Source of the DNA: Candidatus Gottesmanbacteria bacterium
GTDB lineage: Bacteria; Patescibacteriota; Microgenomatia; UBA10105; UBA927
Assembly (NCBI GenBank): GCA_963701185.1
Contig: OY969569.1
Location: 731,548-795,547 of the forward strand
Direction: 5' to 3'
DNA: 64,000 nucleotides
Under the pieces are notes generated by a model. That model saw only the letters and a list, made by a program, of their open reading frames with translations. It had not been told where the DNA came from and made no database searches. Both the position numbers and the translations under genes were made by a program. Shown here one piece after another: positions 29,987 to 40,113 of this stretch (position 1 is the stretch's first letter; each line of letters begins with the position of its first letter).

Positions 29987-30444
29987 GCCCAGCGGAGAAA
30001 TAATAACGTTTCTACGATAAACATCGTCGCGAATATGACCATCCCCCACCGCTGAAGCGGAACGGACACCGGTCCAGCAACCATACGGTACCACATGGTG
30101 AGGTTGCCGGCAATCTGCCACTCTCCTACCTGCCAAAGCAACATGGTCAAATACAGCGACAGCACCAGACCGTCGGCAAGCATACTGTTTGCACTTGTCA
30201 CGACAAACAGCGAGAGGACAACAAATGCCCCGGCAAAAACGATGCTTCGAAACGGCGAAGGGGTAATGGCGGCAAACACCTCCGCCGCGTCCAGGAGATA
30301 CACGCCGATCACGCCGCCGAGAAGAAACCAGACGGCCTCAAGAGGCGGGTGGATATACCACTTAACAAACCCTAACAGCCCCAAATACGCGAGCGAAAGA
30401 AACAGAAATAACAACGGCTTACGGGAAATGATCTGTTTGAACAT
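29983..30444 (-). CDS. Membrane protein
   Basis: 153 aa, hydrophobic, overlaps the next gene. Confidence 0.6.
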   Translation of the reverse strand: MFKQIISRKPLLFLFLSLAYLGLLGFVKWYIHPPLEAVWFLLGGVIGVYLLDAAEVFAAITPSPFRSIVFAGAFVVLSLFVVTSANSMLADGLVLSLYLTMLLWQVGEWQIAGNLTMWYRMVAGPVSVPLQRWGMVIFATMFIVETLLFLRWA

Positions 30445-30456
30445 ACCTTTAGTATA

Positions 30457-30735
30457 CTATTCTTTTCCTTTCCGCAGCTCACTCATTTTCCACATAAAAA
30501 GCTTGGCACGGCTTCTGGCATTGGCATCCTTCACAAACGTGAGGGCTTTTTCCAACACCGCCCTGGGCACGGTTTTGGCAAGGCGTATGTAAAGGGATTT
30601 GTGTTTGTAGTCTTCGAGGGATTCCGCAAGATATATGCCGTACGACTGAAATTCACGGGAAATATATTTATCTTCCAGCGGGTTAAATTTCTTGAGGATG
30701 TCACCGATCGTCGGGATAACGGTTTGATCTGCCAT
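30457..30735 (-). CDS. Hypothetical protein
   Basis: 92 aa, tightly spaced after pth. Confidence 0.6.
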   Translation of the reverse strand: MADQTVIPTIGDILKKFNPLEDKYISREFQSYGIYLAESLEDYKHKSLYIRLAKTVPRAVLEKALTFVKDANARSRAKLFMWKMSELRKGKE

Positions 30736-30737
30736 AT

Positions 30738-31304
30738 CTAGTTAAACCTGTTCATCGCCACATCTAGACCTTTCAGGAGCCCTATCTGTACCGCTTCGGT
30801 GCCGTGTTTAATGAGGTGTTTAAACGATCCGGCCTCCGATCGGCGGAACCGAGACAGCACAAATGAAATCACGGACCGATCTTGAGTCTCCGCTCCCCTC
30901 CCGATACCAAGTCGGAACCGGATAAACATATCGGTGCCCAGTTCCTTAATAACGGATTCTATGCCGTGATGTCCGGCACTCCCGCCTTTTTCCCGGATTT
31001 TAATCTTGCCGAGGGGCAGATCGATATCATCATGGATAACCCACACATCAGAAGGAGCCAATTTATAAAAATTCACAAGTGCTTTTACGGCAAACCCGGA
31101 TTTATTCATAAATGTCTGGGGTTTAACCAACATCACTTCACCGATTCTTGCCGTCAATACGTTTTTCTTCTCATCCTTTTGCCATGCCGGCGGGACCCCG
31201 ACCCCAAGCTCTTTTTCCAGCTTGTCGACGACCATAAAACCTATGTTATGGCGGGTATCTTTATATTCACTCCCCGGATTACCAAGACCTATGATTAATT
31301 TCAT
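30738..31304 (-). CDS. pth: Peptidyl-tRNA hydrolase
   Basis: GLGNPG, TRHNIG, KPQTFMN, HDDID. Confidence 0.95.
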   Translation of the reverse strand: MKLIIGLGNPGSEYKDTRHNIGFMVVDKLEKELGVGVPPAWQKDEKKNVLTARIGEVMLVKPQTFMNKSGFAVKALVNFYKLAPSDVWVIHDDIDLPLGKIKIREKGGSAGHHGIESVIKELGTDMFIRFRLGIGRGAETQDRSVISFVLSRFRRSEAGSFKHLIKHGTEAVQIGLLKGLDVAMNRFN

Positions 31305-31311
31305 ACTTTTC

Positions 31312-31809
31312 TTACGTCAACAATTGTACCACGTCTTGGTCCGTCACTTGCGTAAAATCACGGTAAAACTCTCCGACAGCTCCGAAATCGGCAGGTTTTT
31401 CCAAAACAATCACGTCATCGACGAGAGTTTGAAATTTTTCCGCGACGTCTGCGGGCGCGACCGGCAATGCAATAAAAATTTTTTTTACACCCTGCTCTTT
31501 CACCCACCGGACCGCGGCCTCCATTGTGGCCCCGGTTGCCGCCCCGTCGTCCGTAAGAATGATTGTCTTCCCCCGGACATCGAGCTTTTGCCCTTCGGGT
31601 ACCCGTGCACCGACGGCCAACTCCGGGTTTCCCGAACTTCCGATCTTTTTAACGACAAGCACGTCGTGCGGAACATGGAGAACGCGTGATAGCGCTGCCG
31701 AAACGGCAACGCCCCCGCGCGCGAGGCCTACAATAAGATCCGCCGTTATACGGCGTGAAATAAGTTCTTTTCCTAAACGCAATCCTGCGTCTGTTCTGTC
31801 TGTAAACAC
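31312..31809 (-). CDS. Phosphoribosyltransferase-family protein
   Basis: FTDRTDAG, RGG, LTDDGAATG. Confidence 0.85.
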   Translation of the reverse strand: MFTDRTDAGLRLGKELISRRITADLIVGLARGGVAVSAALSRVLHVPHDVLVVKKIGSSGNPELAVGARVPEGQKLDVRGKTIILTDDGAATGATMEAAVRWVKEQGVKKIFIALPVAPADVAEKFQTLVDDVIVLEKPADFGAVGEFYRDFTQVTDQDVVQLLT

Positions 31810-31811
31810 AC

Positions 31812-32138
31812 TTACTTCATTTTCGCCAACTGTTTTTCTGCGAGTTCTCCGACGTACGGAACCTTATACATTTCTCCCTGGAATGATTTCCACATAAGGA
31901 CGATCCAGAGGATAAATGCGACAAAAGATAATAGGAGTCCCGTGAGCCACCCCAAGATCGGGATGAATCCCAGCACAATATTGACGACGAATATGCCGCC
32001 GAACAATATGGTTGACTGCATCGCATGAAAACGGACGAATTTATTCTGCTTTTCGACAAGAAGAATAATGATACCGGTCACGAATCCTAATAAATAGGAT
32101 GCCGCCGCGAGTAAATTTTCGTTACTTTTTGCTGCCAT
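31812..32138 (-). CDS. DUF4870-like membrane protein
   Basis: FVRFHAMQS motif. Confidence 0.75.
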   Translation of the reverse strand: MAAKSNENLLAAASYLLGFVTGIIILLVEKQNKFVRFHAMQSTILFGGIFVVNIVLGFIPILGWLTGLLLSFVAFILWIVLMWKSFQGEMYKVPYVGELAEKQLAKMK

Positions 32139-32197
32139 TGTATATCACCTCCCCCCTCTCTTTCCACGATAACGAAGCGGAAGAGTGCCGTCAATGG

Positions 32198-33532
32198 CTA
32201 AAATATGGACAATTGTTCGCGGGAAGCATCAACGAGGGGTTTCTCTTCACCTTCGCGCCAGAGCTTGACGACGCCGAAGACGCCGTCGTAGCCCGGATCA
32301 ATGACAATATCGCCCCTGCGCACCTTATCAACGCCCACCGCTACCCGCTCCCCTGCAATTTTGGCAATATCATCATGCTTTGCTTTCAAAAGAACGGTAA
32401 ATTCCCCGCCTAAGGCATCCGTCAACAGCCGGTACGGCGTCTGTACTTTGGGGCTGGCAACGGGCGACCCGATGCATTCGGAAATAATTTCCTGAAGGGG
32501 TACCAACATCACAAACGGCGGACGTTTCGGAAATGCCTTGCTTGCCGTCATCTGTATATTTGCATTTTTTGATAATTGATAATTGATAATTGATAATTTG
32601 AGGTCTGCTTCAGACCGATGTGCTAGTTGTCCCACGCGCTGTTCCACTCCCTGCGTCAGGGGTTTGCCGCACACCGGACACGTGACGCCGTTTTTTTCTA
32701 TCTCTTTGGGACCCCAGCGGATATTGCAGGCGCGGTGCCCCGACCAGTGATACTTTCCCTCCTCCGGATAAAATTCGATGGTGTAGGCAATTTTTTCTGG
32801 TCCATCTTGTTTTATTGCCCGATAAATTGCGTCATAGGTTAATTTTTCTACGTCAAACACCGTTGATTCACGACCGAGTTTTGGACCACTGTGTGCATCG
32901 GAAAACGACACGATGGAACGGGTATCCAGTTCTTTAATCCGCCAGTTCATTGACGGACTGCTCGACAATCCTGTTTCAACTGCATAGATATTCTTTGCAT
33001 ATGGACCAAACGCTTCATCAATACTGTTAAAACCACTCATGGAGCCAAACAAAGCGAACCATGGAGTCCAAATATGAGCTCCAATAAGAAGCGCTTTTGG
33101 CTCAATTGTTAAAACGAGCTCGGCAAGTTGAATTGAAGTAAGTCCGATAATCGGCCGGCCGTCGCTCATGAGATTGCATCCCTGTTTGGTCATCTCTTTA
33201 TTGATTTTGTCAGCAGAATCAAGGGACGGCACCCATATGAGCGTATGGATGCGGCGGCCTTTTCCGTTTTGAGTATAAATGCAGGATACTTCCGTCGCCA
33301 GAAGAAAGAGCGGGTCGTCCTTTTTTGCGGTTTTCAGCTTTAATAAGCCGTTCCCGAGCTCTTCCAGGTTTGCCCTGATCTCCCGCATCCACAGGGGGTG
33401 CGTCCAATCCCCGGTTGCCACAAGCCCCATGCCCTTCCTTCTCGTCCAGGCACAAATTTCCGGCAGCACCATATGGGGCGATACCGCCCGCGAGTATTTA
33501 GAGTGTAATTGTAAATCCGCAATAATTTGCAT
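32198..33532 (-). CDS. Endonuclease Q family (PHP fold with Zn finger)
   Basis: ADLQLHS, ATGD, SDAHS, GKYH, CPVCG, PGYDGVFG. Confidence 0.8.
   Translation of the reverse strand: MQIIADLQLHSKYSRAVSPHMVLPEICAWTRRKGMGLVATGDWTHPLWMREIRANLEELGNGLLKLKTAKKDDPLFLLATEVSCIYTQNGKGRRIHTLIWVPSLDSADKINKEMTKQGCNLMSDGRPIIGLTSIQLAELVLTIEPKALLIGAHIWTPWFALFGSMSGFNSIDEAFGPYAKNIYAVETGLSSSPSMNWRIKELDTRSIVSFSDAHSGPKLGRESTVFDVEKLTYDAIYRAIKQDGPEKIAYTIEFYPEEGKYHWSGHRACNIRWGPKEIEKNGVTCPVCGKPLTQGVEQRVGQLAHRSEADLKLSIINYQLSKNANIQMTASKAFPKRPPFVMLVPLQEIISECIGSPVASPKVQTPYRLLTDALGGEFTVLLKAKHDDIAKIAGERVAVGVDKVRRGDIVIDPGYDGVFGVVKLWREGEEKPLVDASREQLSIF
32571..32598. repeat. (GATAATT)4 tandem heptamer inside the EndoQ-like gene
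   Basis: Seen directly; encodes LSIINYQLS. Confidence 0.8.
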
Positions 33533-33535
33533 GAA

Positions 33536-34354
33536 CTATTCGAATACTTCCCGCATGAAGGCGCGGAATTTCCTGTTAAATTGTTTTGTAACGGAGGGCT
33601 GACGTTTTTTCTTTTCACTATACGGCGCTCCCCCCATGATATACCCCGGCATGCTCCGCGGCGTTTTGTTGGTTAAAAGAACGGAAAATACGCTCCGCGC
33701 ATATGACTGTAATGTCTTGAGGGTTTTTTGATACCGCAGACGCCGGAACGAATACACATACAGCGTCTCCCGCAGAATGTGCAATTTGACGCCTCGTTTG
33801 GTTAATCGCGTGACCAGGTCATGGTCTTCTCCGAAAAGATGCTGTTCGTCAAATCCGTCAATAGCCTGAAATGCCTGTTTCTTTACTGCCATAAACGTTC
33901 CCTGCGTCGTCGGCCGGTGAAAAAGAATAGCCGCTTCAATAAACATGTCAAAAAGGAGTGTGATGAGACCATCAGACGGCTTTTCTGAATCCGATCGGAA
34001 CCATGTGGTAAATAACCCGGGCTTTCTCTCCTGTATAAACCTGTCGGCGCGCTCCAGCGCGTACGGCAATACAATACTGTCCGCATCGATAAACAGAAGC
34101 CATGGTCCTTTCGCGACATTGGCACCTGCGTTCCGTTGCTTGGAAATATTCGGGTGCTCCACCGATAGTACGGTGAACTTTGGCAGTTTGTTTTTAAACG
34201 ACTGTGCCGCCGCAATAGTATTATCGCGTGATGCCCCGTCCACCACGATGACCTCAAAATCCTTACGTGTTTGCGTGGTAAGCGAGTCAAGTAGCTTCGG
34301 CAGGAATTTCTCTTCATTGAGGGTCGGGATAATAATGGAAAAGCGAATGGCCAT
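33536..34354 (-). CDS. GT2 glycosyltransferase
   Basis: SIIIPTLNE, VVDG, DAD, GED. Confidence 0.9.
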   Translation of the reverse strand: MAIRFSIIIPTLNEEKFLPKLLDSLTTQTRKDFEVIVVDGASRDNTIAAAQSFKNKLPKFTVLSVEHPNISKQRNAGANVAKGPWLLFIDADSIVLPYALERADRFIQERKPGLFTTWFRSDSEKPSDGLITLLFDMFIEAAILFHRPTTQGTFMAVKKQAFQAIDGFDEQHLFGEDHDLVTRLTKRGVKLHILRETLYVYSFRRLRYQKTLKTLQSYARSVFSVLLTNKTPRSMPGYIMGGAPYSEKKKRQPSVTKQFNRKFRAFMREVFE

Positions 34355-34364
34355 ATGGCCCGTA

Positions 34365-36068
34365 TTATACGCGAATTCCCTGATTCTTGTACATAGCAGC
34401 CAGCTCGCGGACGGTCGTGGCCTGGTCGGGAGATTTATCGTCGCGGATACGAACGAGACGCGGGAACCGCACGGCAATACCCGCCCCGTGCGTCGGGGAA
34501 CGGGTCAGGTCATCGCCCGCCAGTTCAACCACGATTTTCGGCGCCACCCACACGTCAGGGACAAGCATTTTATTGACGTCTTTATATTCTTTCGGAGCCA
34601 AGGAAACTTTAATATCATTGAGGCGTTTGCGGATTTCTTTCCAGAGTTCATCCGACACTCCGGTTCCGATTTTGGTGACCGTCACAATGGAATCGCCGCG
34701 CACCACTCCCACCAGAAACGCTCCGATCCCGAAACCCGAGCGTTTCCCCTCTCCGCGGTAATACCCCATGATCACAGCATCTATTGTATCCGTAAGCTTG
34801 CCGGTCTTACCCTCTTCCTCTTTAAATTTCACCCAATGATAGCCTGCACGGCCCGGCTCGTAGATGCTGTCCCATTTTTTGACGACCGCTCCCTCCAATC
34901 CTTTTTTCAGTTGTTCATCATGATACCGGCGGATTTCGTTGGCCTCGCGCGTAACAATTTCAGGTGAAAGCATGAGGGTATTATTTTTCCTAAGAGTCTC
35001 TTCCAATATCTTTCGGCGGCCGGAAAGCGGAAGAGACAGTAATTCTTTCCCGTTTTTGTAGAGAATATCGAAGACGAAAAACTTTAAAGGCGTGCTTTTG
35101 GCGGATTCCGTAATTCCGTGCTTCCGTTTTCTCGTTGACGTTTCCTGAAACGGAACAAGTTTGTCGTTTTTGGCATCATACCCCACGGCTTCACTGTCTA
35201 AAATCACCTCATCCGCATTCAACTCCTTCCCAATCTCCTGCAACTCCGGAAACATATTTGTTGTATTTTCAAGATTTCTTGAAAATGATTTCACTTCCTG
35301 TCTCTTAAAATGGATTTGTACCCGCACGCCGTCGTACTTGGGCTCGACGGCTACTTCACCCATTTTTTTGATCATATCGTCGGCATTGGGTAGGCGGGCA
35401 CACAGAGACGCCAGAATCGGCGCCCCGACTTTCGCATGGATATGGGACAGTCCCCTCATTCCATCTTTTTTTACTTCAGTTGCCAACAGCCCGATATCGG
35501 GGCGGACGTTGTAGGCGGCTTCCAGCCGCGGGCGAAGCGATTTATCACCGGCTATCATCCACGACAGCGCGTCCAAAATCGTCATGTCCGAAAATCCCAG
35601 TCGTAGTTTATCTAAAGGAATACGGGCAATGTATCGTGCGGAGATTGCGTCAGAACCGCGAAGTAAATCAGCCAGTAATCCGATTTTTTTCTCCTGCGAT
35701 CCCGTTCCTCCCACCCGCGCCAGAGTATCGAGCGCCTTGTAGACGTCCGAAACACTCAAACCCCCGCTGCCTTTGTGAAGTGCTTCTGCCGCTGCCCCCA
35801 AATCGCCGAATCTTTTAAACTCTTTTCGTACTGCGTCCTCGGGAATATCGTACGCCTTGGCAATGGCGCGGATCATAAACTTATCGGCAACACCGAATTC
35901 AATAGCTTCATAGAGAGGAACCGTGCGGCCCTGCAGAAGGTAGCAGATTTCGCCGATTTCCTGAAGTTTGGCGGCACGGAAAAGCTCCGCAAGAATTTCC
36001 GTCATGCTATTCCGAGACGGCGTCGCTTCAAGACGCTGAAAATACGTGGCAAGGAACGAGAATGTCAT
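34365..36068 (-). CDS. lig: ATP-dependent DNA ligase
   Basis: KYDG adenylation motif, FDIL, EGAVVK, RFPR. Confidence 0.93.
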   Translation of the reverse strand: MTFSFLATYFQRLEATPSRNSMTEILAELFRAAKLQEIGEICYLLQGRTVPLYEAIEFGVADKFMIRAIAKAYDIPEDAVRKEFKRFGDLGAAAEALHKGSGGLSVSDVYKALDTLARVGGTGSQEKKIGLLADLLRGSDAISARYIARIPLDKLRLGFSDMTILDALSWMIAGDKSLRPRLEAAYNVRPDIGLLATEVKKDGMRGLSHIHAKVGAPILASLCARLPNADDMIKKMGEVAVEPKYDGVRVQIHFKRQEVKSFSRNLENTTNMFPELQEIGKELNADEVILDSEAVGYDAKNDKLVPFQETSTRKRKHGITESAKSTPLKFFVFDILYKNGKELLSLPLSGRRKILEETLRKNNTLMLSPEIVTREANEIRRYHDEQLKKGLEGAVVKKWDSIYEPGRAGYHWVKFKEEEGKTGKLTDTIDAVIMGYYRGEGKRSGFGIGAFLVGVVRGDSIVTVTKIGTGVSDELWKEIRKRLNDIKVSLAPKEYKDVNKMLVPDVWVAPKIVVELAGDDLTRSPTHGAGIAVRFPRLVRIRDDKSPDQATTVRELAAMYKNQGIRV

Positions 36069-36250
36069 TTGATGTACAGAAAGTAGGCAGCAACAATGAG
36101 CACCAGAAACAAAAGGCCAAATCCTATGGCGACCCCGCCGTCCGGCTCATGTTTGGATACTTTTTCTATCCCCTGAAGGATGACAACTGCCGCAATCAAT
36201 GACGGGATAATCATCAGGGCATACACGACTCCCGATCCGGAAAGATCCAT
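36065..36250 (-). CDS. Small 2-TM protein
   Basis: 61 aa, overlaps the ligase start. Confidence 0.55.
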   Translation of the reverse strand: MDLSGSGVVYALMIIPSLIAAVVILQGIEKVSKHEPDGGVAIGFGLLFLVLIVAAYFLYIK

Positions 36251-36266
36251 ACTTCTCTATCATCGC

Positions 36267-37319
36267 TTACTCTCCTCCGGTCGTCAAGACGTACTTGACG
36301 CCTTTAGTGGAGCCTTCTTTCCGCAGGATGCCTTTTTTGATGAGATCCTTGATTTCCCGAAGCACGGTATCTTCCGAAATCATGGGGAACAGCTCAAAAA
36401 ACACTTTGTTCTGCAAAAATCCGTTTTCCTGGATAAATTCCACCACCTTAATCTGCCGTTCGGAGAGGGCCAGCTGCTGACCGCCGAGTTGTTTTTTCAT
36501 CTTCAAATCGGTAGAAAGCGACTTTACCTTTTCTTTGATACGCGTGAGTTCAATGGCCAACCCTTCGGTAAAGTATTCGATCCAGTTGGTCAGATTCCCT
36601 TCCTGTTTGGCGACACTCTGCAGCGCTTCGTAGTATGAGAGCGGCTCACGGTCATAATATTCCTCCAGCGAGAAAAAACGCTTGATATCATAGCCTTCTT
36701 TCACTAATGCGAGTGTTGCGGCGGCACGTGCTACGCGTCCGTTTCCGTCCAAAAACGGATGAATACGGACGAGCTCATAATGGACGATACCCGCCTTGAG
36801 GACCGCATGCATATCGTCCGGCCCGACCCCGTTGAGCCAGCGCAGAAATGCATCAATAAGAAACGGAATTTCGACAGCCGGCGGCGGACGGAAGGTGATT
36901 TCTCCGGTAGCAGAATTCTTTACCACCACTTGGGTTCTGCGATATTCCCCTACCACGTCATCAGCAAGCATCCTGTGCACCGTCAGGGAATGGATATGTT
37001 TGAGGGTCTCGGGCGAAATTTCATTATTGTCGTACTGTTCGATAAACTGCAGGACATTGCGGTAATTGAGTACTTCCTGTATATCCCGGTCGCGGCCGAC
37101 GATTTTTGCACCGGCCAAAACTTTTTCCGCTTCGGCAATATTCAGCTCATTGCCCTCGATATGCGTCCCGTGGTGGACGGTGCGCACCAAAGCATCTTCG
37201 CGGAATTTTGCTTCCCAGGCGGGAACGAGAGGCGCATTCTCAATAATCTCACGGGCTGATTCAACGACCCCGATGTATTTGAGAATTTTATTGGTAATGG
37301 TAAACTTGGGAGTGTACAT
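36267..37319 (-). CDS. Fic-domain protein with C-terminal winged HTH
   Basis: HPFLDGNGRVAR; GTHIEGN inhibitory-like motif. Confidence 0.9.
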   Translation of the reverse strand: MYTPKFTITNKILKYIGVVESAREIIENAPLVPAWEAKFREDALVRTVHHGTHIEGNELNIAEAEKVLAGAKIVGRDRDIQEVLNYRNVLQFIEQYDNNEISPETLKHIHSLTVHRMLADDVVGEYRRTQVVVKNSATGEITFRPPPAVEIPFLIDAFLRWLNGVGPDDMHAVLKAGIVHYELVRIHPFLDGNGRVARAAATLALVKEGYDIKRFFSLEEYYDREPLSYYEALQSVAKQEGNLTNWIEYFTEGLAIELTRIKEKVKSLSTDLKMKKQLGGQQLALSERQIKVVEFIQENGFLQNKVFFELFPMISEDTVLREIKDLIKKGILRKEGSTKGVKYVLTTGGE

Positions 37320-37365
37320 AGTCTGCGTATACCCGTAGGGTATAGATTTCCTGTATAATAACCGC

Positions 37366-37635
37366 ATGAGACAGGAAAATCAATCCCGAAAGCGTTTGCA
37401 CCTGCTAATCCTCAAACAAATGCTCACGCTTACCGCCAGCGGCTTCGGATTAGTCGCGGCACTTGCCTGGAATAACGTCATACAGGAATTCGTCGCAACC
37501 CGGATAAAACCATTCCTGCCTTCCGGCAGCGGGCTCCTGTCGCTTTTCATCTATGCAGTCATTGTCACCGTAGTAGCCGTCACTGTTACCTACCAATTGA
37601 CCAGACTTATTGATAAGCTGGATAGTAAGTCATGA
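37366..37635 (+). CDS. Small membrane protein (DUF5654-like)
   Basis: FGLVAALAWN motif. Confidence 0.7.
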   Translation: MRQENQSRKRLHLLILKQMLTLTASGFGLVAALAWNNVIQEFVATRIKPFLPSGSGLLSLFIYAVIVTVVAVTVTYQLTRLIDKLDSKS

Positions 37636-38957
37636 AACGCATGAAGGCACTCCTTGTCCCATTTGTCCTCCGGTATCTGCGGACAATCGCGCGTATTGCG
37701 CTCTCCCAAACCCGCGCAACCATTATCGGAATAGCCGGGTCCGTCGGAAAAACCAGCACCCGCGAGGCACTCTTTGCCATCCTGAAGGATGTTGCCCCCA
37801 CCCATATGGTTTCGGGAAATTCGGAAACCGGAGTTCCTTTAGGTCTCGTCGGGCTCTTTCCCCACGACTATTCCCCCGCCGATTGGGCACGGATGATGCT
37901 GACAGCACCATTGCGCATCGGGTTTTTAAAACGCATGCGTTATGTCATCGTCGAAATGGGTATTGATGACCCGTATCCGCCGAAAAACATGGGGTACTTA
38001 CTCACCATCGTCAAACCGGATATCGGGATTATCACGGAGGAATCCGCCGCCCATACGATGCAGTTTGAAAAGATTTTTGGCCCCAATATGGTCATCTCCG
38101 ACACCGAGCGCCTGAAACTTCTTACTGAAGCGATCACAAAAGAAGATGCCAAAATGCTCGCAAACTGCAAACTCAGTATAGTAAACGGCGACAATCCGTA
38201 TCTGACGAAAGAAATTCCCCGTGCTCTCACATTCGGGACCAAAAAATCATCGGCGTTGAGGATAACCGGGTATACGGTAGACATCAATAAAACAACATTC
38301 TCATACGCGCTCGGAGACGCGCTCATTACCCTTCAATTCAAAAAGTATGCATTCCCCAAAGACCTTGCATACGTGTTTGCGCCGGCCATACTTTCCGCTT
38401 ACAAACTCAATATTCCTGTCGATACTATCCGGAAAAATCTTGAAAAGAATTTCACTCCGCCCAAGGGGCGCGAAAGCCTGTTTGACGGCATCAACCATTC
38501 AATCATCATCGACTCATCCTACAACGCATCCAAACAATCCGTTCTCTCGTTTTTAGAACTCACCGCAACACTAAAACGGCAAAGCCGCCGTCATACGATT
38601 GTCGTTTTGGCGGACATGCTTGAGCTGGGCAATGAATCGCAAATCGAGCACGAAGCAGTAGCCCGTGCTCTCGACGACATTCCCGATACACTGTATTTGG
38701 TCGGTCCACTCACAAAACGGTTTATTTTACCCAAATTCCCGCAGGCCAAATGGTTTCCTTCCGTTCTTGAACTCAATGACGCATTGATGCACATCCCGCA
38801 TCGAAGCCTGCTTTTGTTTAAAGGCTCCCAGGGCAATCTGTGGCTTGAGGAAAGCATTAAATTATTGCTGAAAAACAAAGGGGACATATCACGTCTCTGC
38901 CGCCAGAACGCCTTCTGGCAGCGCGTCAAAAAAGCCGCAGGCCGCTGGGTTGATTAA
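37632..38957 (+). CDS. murF: Mur ligase, MurF-like
   Basis: GSVGKT, VEMG, DSSYNAS, DMLELG, KGS. Confidence 0.8.
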   Translation: MKRMKALLVPFVLRYLRTIARIALSQTRATIIGIAGSVGKTSTREALFAILKDVAPTHMVSGNSETGVPLGLVGLFPHDYSPADWARMMLTAPLRIGFLKRMRYVIVEMGIDDPYPPKNMGYLLTIVKPDIGIITEESAAHTMQFEKIFGPNMVISDTERLKLLTEAITKEDAKMLANCKLSIVNGDNPYLTKEIPRALTFGTKKSSALRITGYTVDINKTTFSYALGDALITLQFKKYAFPKDLAYVFAPAILSAYKLNIPVDTIRKNLEKNFTPPKGRESLFDGINHSIIIDSSYNASKQSVLSFLELTATLKRQSRRHTIVVLADMLELGNESQIEHEAVARALDDIPDTLYLVGPLTKRFILPKFPQAKWFPSVLELNDALMHIPHRSLLLFKGSQGNLWLEESIKLLLKNKGDISRLCRQNAFWQRVKKAAGRWVD

Positions 38958-38959
38958 TT

Positions 38960-38983
38960 GTCATTCCCGCGAAGGCGGGAATC
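38960..38983. repeat. ATTCCC-N8-GGGAAT palindrome (REP/dRS3-like)
   Basis: GTCATTCCCGCGAAGGCGGGAATC. Confidence 0.65.
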
Positions 38984-39039
38984 TGCCTTCCGTACGATAA
39001 CTCATTGTTTTCCTTTTGGTAAATCAATATACTTGAATC

Positions 39040-40113
39040 ATGGATCCTCCCACTGTCCAACCGATACCCTCTCAACAACCCAAAAATAACGTAAATATTT
39101 TTATCAATATTTTTATCTTTCTCCTGGGCATCCTCATCGGTCTGGGCATTCCCAAAACAACCCTTCTCTCCGGCCTCCGCATCCCGTATCTTAGCGCCAC
39201 CCCAACCCCTACGCCCTTCCCTATTCCAACCCCTACGCCCAACCCGACGGCGGATTGGAAAACGTATACCAATAATAATCTTGGCTTTTCTTTTAAATAT
39301 CCGGTTGATTATTTTAAATTCCAAGAAGAATCCAGCACTGGCGTTTATTTGGCCCCATCTAAAGGGCAAGGAGGAAATGGACCTAAATTTTTAGAAAAGA
39401 CAGATGTATGGCTGGACGTGAACGATGAAACTCCTGTAGATTTGTCACCTGAGACTCCAAAAAATCCTGTAATTATAGGAGGGGTTAGCGGTTACAAAAT
39501 CGTGAGTAATTTTGCCGTAGTTGCTGGGGACGTGAGAATTTATGACTATTTAGCGTGGGTTTCAAAAAATAATAAACTTTATACTATCTCCCTATCGTCA
39601 TGGGATCCTAATACACTTAAAAATTCTGAAAAACTCTTTGATCAAATCCTCTCCACGTTTACATTTATCGGGCAGTCCTCTGCGGCATCGCCGACGCCGA
39701 CTGTGCCTCCAAACTGGATACGGCATACATTCAATACGCATGGTTTGATGATGTATACACCGGATGACTGGCGATCCAGTATTACTGATTTTCCAGAAGA
39801 TTCGACGTCGTTGATTAAATTCTGGAAAAAATCATCTCCGACGATCGTCCCGATTCAATTGGACATTAAATCCAGTTGGGATAATACCGGCAATGCACAG
39901 ACTCAGCCTAAAAATTTCACTGTTGACGGCAGTATTCCTGCATATCGTACGGATCCGCCAGCCAAAACCCAACTAACACAGGAACGCTATCAGACTAATG
40001 TATTTTTCGAATATAACGGTAAGGTTTACGTTTTCGAGTGTGTCCACAACTGGACTCAAGATTACCTGAATACATGCAATACCATGCTTGCAACGCTCCA
40101 GTTTACGAAGTAA
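39040..40113 (+). CDS. Membrane-anchored protein with PT-rich linker and two PsbP-like domains
   Basis: TM, PTPTP, WKTYTN..GFSFKYP, FDQILSTF. Confidence 0.65.
   Translation: MDPPTVQPIPSQQPKNNVNIFINIFIFLLGILIGLGIPKTTLLSGLRIPYLSATPTPTPFPIPTPTPNPTADWKTYTNNNLGFSFKYPVDYFKFQEESSTGVYLAPSKGQGGNGPKFLEKTDVWLDVNDETPVDLSPETPKNPVIIGGVSGYKIVSNFAVVAGDVRIYDYLAWVSKNNKLYTISLSSWDPNTLKNSEKLFDQILSTFTFIGQSSAASPTPTVPPNWIRHTFNTHGLMMYTPDDWRSSITDFPEDSTSLIKFWKKSSPTIVPIQLDIKSSWDNTGNAQTQPKNFTVDGSIPAYRTDPPAKTQLTQERYQTNVFFEYNGKVYVFECVHNWTQDYLNTCNTMLATLQFTK

Noticed and set aside
33945-34967. 340-aa plus-strand ORF and other long antisense ORFs
   Set aside because: Shadow frames of well-supported genes (GT2, ligase and others) with no motifs.
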